Shown here: positions 17,806 to 26,151 of the stretch, piece after piece
Layout: the number at the start of each line of letters is the position of its first letter
Numbering within the stretch: the first letter of the stretch is position 1
Virus record (IMG/VR): IMGVR_UViG_3300045988_148972
DNA: 64,000 nucleotides
Source of the DNA: a virus
Strand: one strand, 5' to 3'
The notes under the pieces: generated by a model
Told to the model about the DNA's origin: nothing
Databases searched by the model: none
What the model saw: only the letters and a program-made list of their open reading frames with translations
Program-made: the position numbers and the translations under genes

Positions 17806-18354
17806 ATGGATAGAGAACAAATGATCTCCCGTTATGAGGAGCTGTATGATAAGATGAAGGACAGCAAGGACGTAAAGAATATGAAAATATTCGGCGAAGC
17901 TGCTACTTATTATTTCAAGGAAATGGCCAAAATGCACCCGGAAATGGCAATGAGCTGGCTATCACATCTTGAAGCAATGTGCTGGGACAACTTTTTGTCT
18001 GAAACAGAGGCTGTGAATATTGGAAAAACTATGATTAATGAAGACGGTGTGAAAGGATTTCACTGGGGACATGACACCTTTGTAGCTGCTGTTAAACAGC
18101 TTGGAGGAGTTCCTGAAGAAAAGCCTTCGTACAATTCGTATGCACTTTGTGTCACAGCCAATATGATTTACAGCGACATGGCTTACAGCATCGCTGAAGA
18201 TATGGGATACAAGACACCTGCCGAAGTCCCTAACGAAAAGATGGCACTTTCCTGCTACAAGAAAGCTGTAGCGTATCTGAAAGACAAGGATAAGAACTTT
18301 CAGGTGCGTCGTTACTTCAAGAAACGCATGTACGGAGATCCTACCATCATGTAA
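17806..18354 (+). CDS. Hypothetical protein; a tail assembly chaperone is possible from position only
   Basis: 182-aa ORF. It is the last + strand gene before the tape measure gene, ignoring the inserted - strand gene. Confidence 0.55.
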   Translation: MDREQMISRYEELYDKMKDSKDVKNMKIFGEAATYYFKEMAKMHPEMAMSWLSHLEAMCWDNFLSETEAVNIGKTMINEDGVKGFHWGHDTFVAAVKQLGGVPEEKPSYNSYALCVTANMIYSDMAYSIAEDMGYKTPAEVPNEKMALSCYKKAVAYLKDKDKNFQVRRYFKKRMYGDPTIM

Positions 18355-18511
18355 CAGCCGCATAGAAGAAAAGCTGGATCTGCTTATCCGGATGGTAGCT
18401 CAACTTGACGGGTTAAGAGGATTTGGTTCTAATGTGCTGGCAAATGTGGTAGGTGATCTGATAATGAGAAAAAGATGATATAGTTTGTCTTTCCACTATA
18501 TATGAATAAAA

Positions 18512-18558
18512 ATGCAGACGGGGTTTTGTCGTTTCTTCCCCGGCTGCATTATTTTTTT
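18512..18558. terminator. Bidirectional terminator between convergent genes
   Basis: TGCAGACGGGG...CCCCGGCTGCA stem with one mismatch, an A-run upstream and TTTTTTT downstream. Confidence 0.6.
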
Positions 18559-18567
18559 ATATGTTTA

Positions 18568-19086
18568 TCAATATCCGTCGGTTAAGTTTACATTTATCCA
18601 TTCTTTTATACATGGAAAGTATTTTTTATAGTTCTTTTCTGTAATCTCTATTATCTTTTCTTCTCCATTCATAAATATAATTTCTATACGGAAAGGGAAT
18701 GCAGTGACTTTCATGGGATAAATAAAAGTTCCGCTGGCCCATCTTGAATATTTTTTATTTGGGAAGTATGGTCCTGTAAGATTCAGTATTTTTATTTTGG
18801 TGTGCTTTACATTTGCATTTACGGCACCTACTATATCGCTTGAAACGGCATCTCCCACCTGATTTATCCCATAATAGTATACACGAATGTATTTAATGCT
18901 TCTACTACTTGTAATCTTAAATTTTGTATCTGTCATTTTCCTCCCAGGACAGCATCCGAATGGAGAATCTTTTTTAAATGTAAATTTAGAAAATGACACC
19001 TGTGCATTCATAATGGAATAGGTAGATAATAGAAATACAAGTAAAATGTATTTTATAATTATACTTTTAAACAATTGCTTTTTCAT
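18568..19086 (-). CDS. Secreted protein of unknown function (moron)
   Basis: Opposite strand, AT-rich. N-terminal signal peptide (MKKQLFKSIIIKYILLVFLLSTYSIMNAQ). Has its own terminator and sits between structural genes. Confidence 0.7.
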   Translation of the reverse strand: MKKQLFKSIIIKYILLVFLLSTYSIMNAQVSFSKFTFKKDSPFGCCPGRKMTDTKFKITSSRSIKYIRVYYYGINQVGDAVSSDIVGAVNANVKHTKIKILNLTGPYFPNKKYSRWASGTFIYPMKVTAFPFRIEIIFMNGEEKIIEITEKNYKKYFPCIKEWINVNLTDGY

Positions 19087-19255
19087 AATCTTATTAGTTT
19101 ATTTTTTGCAAAAATATTGATTTAGCAGAGTTTGCTTTTCATATTTTCTGATTAAATGAAAAATGTGCTTAAAAACGGAGTAAAATGTAAAATATGTAAC
19201 GATTTTAATAGTATATACTTTTAAAAAATCATTATATACTTTACATTTTTAGTTG

Positions 19256-19297
19256 TTTTTTTGTCCTTCATTTCCAGATTCCTGCTGCCTAACTTTG
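19256..19297 (+). promoter_or_regulatory. Recurrent TTTTTTTGTCCTTCA element with a -7 box TAACTTTG
   Basis: TGTCCTTCA at 19262..19270, then TAACTTTG at 19290..19297 (28 nt offset). ATG at 19318. Confidence 0.6.
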
Positions 19298-19317
19298 AGG
19301 AAAACAAACACAAAGAC

Positions 19318-22300
19318 ATGGCAAATAGTTTAGGTACCAGACTGGCTAGAATCGACGTGCTTATCGGAGGAGCTGATCAGGCTCGTAAACAAGTAGAAGA
19401 AATGCGCAAAGAATGGGCAAAACTTGGGAAACAAGTCCAGGAAGCGCAACGTAATATGGAGAAATCCGTTGATACTGTTGATTACGATAAGAATAAGAAA
19501 GCATACGCAGAAGCTCAGAAACAGCAGAAACAGCTTCAGAAATCCATCCAGGAGTCAGAACGTAATATAAATACAGTTCAGAAATATCTTTCGGATATTT
19601 CCGGACAGACTCTTCGTAACCTTAATAATGCGCAAAAAGGATTGAAGCAGATGCTTCTTGGCGTTAATCCTAAAAATATAGAATCACTGAATACCGTCCG
19701 CGAATATATCAAGCAGATATCCGATGAAGTACAACGCCGTAAGGGTAATCTTGTTGAGTTTTCAGATATTATAGGTAATATAGGAAATGTGAGCGATAAG
19801 TCACTAGGAATGGCTAAACAGCGGCTTCAGGAACTTATTTCAACCACTCAAAAAAATACGCAGGAAATTCAGACTTATCGTGAGCAGCTTAAAAAGGTGG
19901 AAGACGAGGAGCAGCGCCGAATAAGCTCTAAGGCTGGACGAGTAATGGGAGATTTGGATGGAAGTAGCATAGCAGAAATCCAAGAAGCTATTAAGTTAAC
20001 AACTCAGCTTCGCGATGCTCAGAAATTGGGAGGCCAGGAATGGGATATCTATAATGGAGAAATACAGAAGGCACAAAAATACCTGGAAGACTTTAATAGT
20101 AAGATAAAGCAACTAACCATGTTCCGTCAGATGGGAGATTTGACCAAGGTTAGTTCTTCTTCTCTTTCAGAATTAAAAAGATACTGGCAAGAACAAGTTA
20201 ATGGTGCTGAAACTACATCCGCTAAGTTGAAACATTATCAGATTCAGCTGCAGGCTGTAATGAAAGAAGAAGAAAGACGTATTAGCGTACAGGCTGGTAA
20301 GGTTATGGGAAATCTTACCGGGTCTTCTGTGTCTGAAATTCAGGAAGCCATTAAGGTTACAACTCAGCTTCGCGATGCTCAAAAACTTGGAAGTCAGGAG
20401 TGGGATGTTTACAATGATGAAATACAAAAGGCACAAAAATATCTGTCTGATTTTAACAACTTGACGAAACAGCTTTCCATGTCTGAGCGGATGCGTGATA
20501 TTGGGAAAGCCAGTGAAGCATCGCTAATAGAGTTGAAAAAATACTGGCAGGAGCAGGTAAATGGTGCACAGCGTGGAACTCAAGAGCTAGCTGAATATGA
20601 AGCAAAACTTAAACAGGTTTTGGATGAAGAGAAGAAACGCTCGGCTAAAAGTGCCGTCAGTGTATTCAGTAATTTAAGTGGAAGTAGCCTTACTGAGATT
20701 CAGGATGCGATTAGGGCAACAACCCAACTTCGTGATGCGACAGAACTTGGCTCAAAGCAATGGGATATATATAATCAGTACATTGAACGAGCTAAGAAGT
20801 ATCTTTCTGATTTTGAGAATGCAAGTAAAAATGCGGCTATTGCAGAACGCATGAAGAATATTGGAAATGTCAGCACATCCTCACTGGCTGAACTGAAAAA
20901 GTTTTGGCAAGAGCAGATAGATGGGGCAGAACTTTCTTCTCAAAAATTACAGAATTATAAGCAGAACTTAGATGCTGTTATCAAAGAAGAACAAAATCGT
21001 GTTTCTCAGCGTGCGCAGTCTACTATCGGCCAAGTACAGACCGGTACATTTGACGGGACCATTGCACAGACAAAAGAAGCAATTAAGCTATTAGAACAGT
21101 ATAAGCAACAGCTTAAGACCAGTGATGCGCAGGGTATTAAGGATGTGGAATCTACTATTAATTCATTGAATGAAAAGCTGAAGCAATCATCCGCTCAATT
21201 TTCTTCTTTGGATGAAGCACTCGATAAAGCTGGAACAGTTGGTAATGGCACATTCGATGGCACACAAGAGGATCTTGATAAACTGAAAAAATCGCTCGAA
21301 GAATATAAGAAACAGCTGAAAGTGAGTGATACTAAAGGTTTGAAAAAGATTGAAGATGCGATTAGTACAATTGAGAAAAAGCAGAAAAATGCAGTATTAA
21401 GTGCACAAGAATTAGAAAAAGTAATTCTGACAATTAAAACCGCTCCTTTGGAAGACCTGCAAAAGGCAGCAGCCCAACTTCAGGAGAAACTTGCAACAGC
21501 TGAACGTGACACACGAGAATATGTAGATACGTCACTAAATCTTCGTCGTGTAAATGAGCAGATCAATGAAGTGAAACGAAGCTGGCAGGATCATGACAAC
21601 CAGATTGTAGCTACGATAAAACGTTTGACAAGCTATGTATTAGTATATGCCGGCTTTAATGAAGTCGTAGGGCGTATCAAACAGTTGTATCAGGCTAACC
21701 TGGAACTTAGCGATAGTCTGGCGGACATTCAGAAAACTACCGGCCTTTCTGCTGAGTCTGTTGCAGAGCTAAGCCGAGAAATTGATGAAATTGATACCCG
21801 TACTGCACAGCAAGAGCTCCACGATCTAGCTTATGAGGCAGGTAAACTGGGTATCTCTGCTAAGGAAGATGTGCTTGGATTTGTAAAGGCTGGTAATCAG
21901 TTACTCGTAGCGTTAGGTGAAGATTTGGGAGGTGCCGAAGCTGTACGTCAGCTGATGAAGGTAAATGCTATTCTTGGTGAAACTCAAAAGCTTGGTGTGG
22001 AAAAGGCTTTGCTGGCAACTGGTTCTGCTATCAATGAAATTTCACAGACAAGTCGTGCTTCTGCCGGTCCGATAGTTGATGTAGTAAATCGTATCGGTGC
22101 TATTGGGGAAGCTGCTGGTCTTTCTATGTCCGACCTGATAGCACTGGCTGGTACACTTGATGCACTTGGACAGCATGCAGAAATGGGAGGTACTGCATTG
22201 AATACCTTTATTTCTACTCTTACAAGTAACACAACCGAAGTAGCACAGGCTGTAGGACTGAGCGACGAATATCTTAAAAATCTGATTGATCAAGGGAAGA

Positions 22301-25300
22301 CTATTCAGGCAGTTATAGCTGTTTTAGAGAAGATGAAAGCAATGGGTGGTTTGGATGTACTGGCTCCTATAATGAAAGATTTGGGAAGCGACGGAGAACG
22401 TATCAAGCAGGTACTTGTTACTTTGTCCTCTGGAGTTGACGAATTGAAAGCTCAGGTATTTACATCATCTCGTGCGTTTAAAGAAGCCACCAGCGTAACA
22501 GATGAATATAATATAAAGAATGAAGATGCTATGGCCATCATGATGCGTATGGGTAATGCTATCAAGGAGTCATTTATAAACAGTGGTCTGGTAGAATGGC
22601 TTACCGATGTTCTAAGATTCATGGCTAGTATTCCGAACCGATTTGAGCGTGGAGAAACCTCTATACGTCTTACGGCAGTAGCATTGCAAGTATTGGTTGG
22701 AGTTTTGATTGCCACCTCTAAGGCTGTTCAAAATGCCAGTATGAATATTCTGTTTTTTTACCAAAGGGTTAATGCCGGAACTGCATCTGTGAACATATTT
22801 GTAAAAGCTTGGAACGCTTTAAAATTTGCCATGTCTTCAAATCCTTTGGGTTGGATTACGCTGGCTGTTACGGCTCTCACGTCAGCATGGACTTTATTAA
22901 AAAAATCAGTAAATGAAGCGGCAAAGGCGCAGGCAGAATATGAAGGGACTTTGCAAAAAGAACGGTTTGAATTGGATAATCTTCGTTTTGCTATCGAAAA
23001 AGCTAATGTAGCCAATGGAGAACGTGCGGCGTTGATAAAACAGCTCAATGATAAGTACGGTGCATATCTTGGGTTCATGGTTACAGAAAATAATTATGCA
23101 GAAAAGCAGGAATATATTTATAGTCTGATTAATGCCCGTCTACGTGAAACTCTTGCTTTAAAGATGCGAGATAAAATGATGGAAAACATAGCGGACAAAT
23201 ATTCCGACCAAATACAGGAGCTTCAATCAAAGATTATTGCTTCACTGAATAATATGAAGAATGTTGGTGAAACGAATGCTGGTGATGCAATGGCTCTTAT
23301 TATGGACGGGATGAACAAGGTAGTGGAAGAAGGCGGAAATCTATATGATGCGCTGGAAGGCTTTATGGAAAAATATAATAAAAATATAAAGCAACTTCCA
23401 TTCAGTTCCGATGCCTTGAAGCTGATGAATATCCTTAAAAATATACGTAAGGAGGCAGGACAAACACAGACTTTCCTGGATAGTACACAACGCGCTGCTG
23501 AAAGCAGGACAGAGGAGCTTATGCTACAAGATCTTCGCAAGTCCAATCAGGGTATTCTTTCAACATCTGATCTATCTGCACTTAACACCTACTTGCAACA
23601 GGCCACCACTTACGTACAGCGTCTCCGTGAAGATGTAGATGAATTGAATGCAAAACGTGAGAAAGGAGAAAAACTTACTAAATCTGAAACAGCTGAACTT
23701 GCAGAAAAAAATCGGCAGTTAGGCGTATATCAGAACAATATTTCTCAGGTAGAGAAGCGTATAAAAGCAATAGGAATGGAGTCTGTATGGGGGAAGGGAG
23801 TATCTCTTGAAACTGCTGGTGTTGACAAGCTTGTAGCTACCTATAAGAAGCTCGAAGCCATGATGAAGAGTATTAATGAAGACAAGGACTATGCAGATAC
23901 ATTTGCTGCCCGTGGATTCAAGTCGGCCAAGGAAGAATACGAGGCGTTGAAAAAGATGGAGCAGGATGTGGCCAAGGTGCTTGCTGAGAAATGGGGACGC
24001 GACACCAGCGGTAACTGGCTCAAAGTACGTAAGTCAGGCACACGCGGCGAGCAGAAGGAAATGAATGATGAAATCAGTGCGGCCATGTCTGCGCTCGAAG
24101 CTTATTTTCTCCGCCGTCAGCAGGCTATTCGTCAGGCATATCTCGATGAACAGATAACTACTGAGGAGATGAACCGCCAGATTGACGCGACCGAGGAAGA
24201 ACATCTGCTGGCACGTGTGGAGCTTCGTAAAAAGCTGTTGGGCGAAGAGAATACCTTCAATCAGAATTTATACGGAATGGAAGGTAAGAACCTGGAATCT
24301 ACTGCTGCATTGATTAAAAAGCTGGGTGAACGTCAGACCGACGGGTTACGTAAGAACCTTGAAAAGGATCTGCTCGAAGTACAGAATATGGCGGTAAAAT
24401 ATAGTCAGAATATAGAAAAGGAACTTCTCAAGTATAATCCGTTTGAAAGCCTTATTAATCAATTTGAGGAATCTCTTGATAAGCTTCGTCTTCTGAATAC
24501 CGATTCGGAAAAGAAAATGAGAATGAGCTTAGGATTTAGCGGAGTGATTGATGAAAGTATGATTAAGGAAAGAATTAATGCCCTTATATCTCTGTCAGAA
24601 GATGCTTACAGCTTGAACGAAGATCAGTTACGGACTTATCTTAGCAATATTGATGCGCTATGGGCAGAAAGCATGAGCCCTGAACAGATGTCTCTTATGC
24701 TGAAAAAGCTTCGTGATTTTTATAGGGATTCCAAAGCAGCTGCCGAGAAGTATGCAAAGGACATTAAGGAAATGATAGACGTTCAGTGGGAAACTAGCGG
24801 AAGACAGAAACAATGGGAAGATCGTATAAATTTATCTAATGATCAAAGCGAAATGATGCGTGCAGCCGCCAATTTAGGGCTTGCTTCTTCTCAAAGCTCG
24901 TTTCTCGGTACTTCTGATACGGATAATGCCGAGCTGGAAGCCTTGCGAATCCGCCTGGAAGCTGCACAACAGTATTATGAAGAGTTCTATGCCCGTAAAC
25001 AAGAACTTATACAGCAGGCTATTGCTTCAGGCGCAACAGAGCAGCAAGCTCAAGAATACTATCACATGGCCGAGAAAGAGGCACTGGATGAACTTAACGC
25101 ATTGAGAGAAGAACAAGCTGCAAAGGAGCTTGAAATTACCCAAAGCAAACTGAGTACATTGAAAAATTACACAGATGCAATAGTAGATTTCAGTGAACAG
25201 ATGGGAGAAGCTGCATTTGCTGAAGTTGAAGACCGCAAAGAGGCTGCAAAGATGTTATTGCAAACAACCATTAAACTTACTAAGGACTTGATTATGCAAA

Positions 25301-26142
25301 AGATTCAGGAACTTATAATGAAAAAAGCTCTCGGTGCACAGGAAGTAGCTCAAGAATCAAGTACGCAAACTGCCATTACGGCTTTGCATGGCTCTCAGGC
25401 TATTACAGATCTTACAGTGCAGGGCGCAAAAACTACAGCTGACATTTCTGCGGGTATTGCTTCTGGATCAGCTAAAACAATCGGTCAGTTAGGATGGTGG
25501 GGAATACCTCTTATTGCTGCAATTACAGCCGCACTTTCTACATTAATGGGCTTGGCTATGGGCAAGCTGAACAAATCAAAGGAGGAGATAGCTTCAGCTA
25601 CTGGTGCAAGCAGTAATAAAGGCCGTGTCGCTGCTGGTATGCTTACATATAAAAATGGTGACTATCCTATATTGGGAAACGATGGGCATATTTACAATGC
25701 AAGTTATCAAAAGGAACTGAAAACGGGAGTATATAGTGGAGGTGCTCACTTCGGCCTTTTTTCTGAAAAGAAACCAGAAATGATTGTAGACGGAGATACA
25801 ACTCAGAAGCTTATTCTGAACTATCCGCACATTTACGAAAGCATTCTTACTATTGCCCGTCATGGACAGCTTAAGTCGGCATCTATGCCTACGTTTGCAA
25901 ACGGGAACTACCCTTCTATGGCTGTGCAATCTTCTCAGGCAAGACAGCAAGATAACTATTCCGGGATGTCTGGGGATCAGATAGCACAAATACTTGCAGA
26001 AATGACTGGCGCAGTAAATGCACTTACTGAACGGCTTAATAAGCCTATTAGCGCAACGGTTGATCCTTACGGAAGTAAAGGAGCCGTAAATCAGTTAAAT
26101 AAAGCAAGTAAGTTTATGACAAAGCGAGGATTGACTAAATAA
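19318..26142 (+). CDS. Tape measure protein
   Basis: About 2270 aa. Mostly coiled-coil Lys/Glu/Gln-rich sequence, a central hydrophobic/Gly-rich segment, and further hydrophobic stretches near the C-terminus. Followed by baseplate-like genes. The track ORF start at 19261 is a TTG inside the promoter element; the first ATG (MANSLGTRL) is at 19318. Confidence 0.85.
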   Translation: MANSLGTRLARIDVLIGGADQARKQVEEMRKEWAKLGKQVQEAQRNMEKSVDTVDYDKNKKAYAEAQKQQKQLQKSIQESERNINTVQKYLSDISGQTLRNLNNAQKGLKQMLLGVNPKNIESLNTVREYIKQISDEVQRRKGNLVEFSDIIGNIGNVSDKSLGMAKQRLQELISTTQKNTQEIQTYREQLKKVEDEEQRRISSKAGRVMGDLDGSSIAEIQEAIKLTTQLRDAQKLGGQEWDIYNGEIQKAQKYLEDFNSKIKQLTMFRQMGDLTKVSSSSLSELKRYWQEQVNGAETTSAKLKHYQIQLQAVMKEEERRISVQAGKVMGNLTGSSVSEIQEAIKVTTQLRDAQKLGSQEWDVYNDEIQKAQKYLSDFNNLTKQLSMSERMRDIGKASEASLIELKKYWQEQVNGAQRGTQELAEYEAKLKQVLDEEKKRSAKSAVSVFSNLSGSSLTEIQDAIRATTQLRDATELGSKQWDIYNQYIERAKKYLSDFENASKNAAIAERMKNIGNVSTSSLAELKKFWQEQIDGAELSSQKLQNYKQNLDAVIKEEQNRVSQRAQSTIGQVQTGTFDGTIAQTKEAIKLLEQYKQQLKTSDAQGIKDVESTINSLNEKLKQSSAQFSSLDEALDKAGTVGNGTFDGTQEDLDKLKKSLEEYKKQLKVSDTKGLKKIEDAISTIEKKQKNAVLSAQELEKVILTIKTAPLEDLQKAAAQLQEKLATAERDTREYVDTSLNLRRVNEQINEVKRSWQDHDNQIVATIKRLTSYVLVYAGFNEVVGRIKQLYQANLELSDSLADIQKTTGLSAESVAELSREIDEIDTRTAQQELHDLAYEAGKLGISAKEDVLGFVKAGNQLLVALGEDLGGAEAVRQLMKVNAILGETQKLGVEKALLATGSAINEISQTSRASAGPIVDVVNRIGAIGEAAGLSMSDLIALAGTLDALGQHAEMGGTALNTFISTLTSNTTEVAQAVGLSDEYLKNLIDQGKTIQAVIAVLEKMKAMGGLDVLAPIMKDLGSDGERIKQVLVTLSSGVDELKAQVFTSSRAFKEATSVTDEYNIKNEDAMAIMMRMGNAIKESFINSGLVEWLTDVLRFMASIPNRFERGETSIRLTAVALQVLVGVLIATSKAVQNASMNILFFYQRVNAGTASVNIFVKAWNALKFAMSSNPLGWITLAVTALTSAWTLLKKSVNEAAKAQAEYEGTLQKERFELDNLRFAIEKANVANGERAALIKQLNDKYGAYLGFMVTENNYAEKQEYIYSLINARLRETLALKMRDKMMENIADKYSDQIQELQSKIIASLNNMKNVGETNAGDAMALIMDGMNKVVEEGGNLYDALEGFMEKYNKNIKQLPFSSDALKLMNILKNIRKEAGQTQTFLDSTQRAAESRTEELMLQDLRKSNQGILSTSDLSALNTYLQQATTYVQRLREDVDELNAKREKGEKLTKSETAELAEKNRQLGVYQNNISQVEKRIKAIGMESVWGKGVSLETAGVDKLVATYKKLEAMMKSINEDKDYADTFAARGFKSAKEEYEALKKMEQDVAKVLAEKWGRDTSGNWLKVRKSGTRGEQKEMNDEISAAMSALEAYFLRRQQAIRQAYLDEQITTEEMNRQIDATEEEHLLARVELRKKLLGEENTFNQNLYGMEGKNLESTAALIKKLGERQTDGLRKNLEKDLLEVQNMAVKYSQNIEKELLKYNPFESLINQFEESLDKLRLLNTDSEKKMRMSLGFSGVIDESMIKERINALISLSEDAYSLNEDQLRTYLSNIDALWAESMSPEQMSLMLKKLRDFYRDSKAAAEKYAKDIKEMIDVQWETSGRQKQWEDRINLSNDQSEMMRAAANLGLASSQSSFLGTSDTDNAELEALRIRLEAAQQYYEEFYARKQELIQQAIASGATEQQAQEYYHMAEKEALDELNALREEQAAKELEITQSKLSTLKNYTDAIVDFSEQMGEAAFAEVEDRKEAAKMLLQTTIKLTKDLIMQKIQELIMKKALGAQEVAQESSTQTAITALHGSQAITDLTVQGAKTTADISAGIASGSAKTIGQLGWWGIPLIAAITAALSTLMGLAMGKLNKSKEEIASATGASSNKGRVAAGMLTYKNGDYPILGNDGHIYNASYQKELKTGVYSGGAHFGLFSEKKPEMIVDGDTTQKLILNYPHIYESILTIARHGQLKSASMPTFANGNYPSMAVQSSQARQQDNYSGMSGDQIAQILAEMTGAVNALTERLNKPISATVDPYGSKGAVNQLNKASKFMTKRGLTK
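19888..20967 (+). repeat. Three tandem 360-nt (120-aa) coding repeats inside the tape measure gene
   Basis: Units start at 19888, 20248 and 20608. Conserved ..GSS..EIQEAIK.TTQLRDAQKLG.QEWD.YN.EIQKAQKYL.DFN...L.ELKKYWQEQVNGA... More degenerate copies follow. Confidence 0.85.
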
Positions 26143-26151
26143 TAGTAAAAC

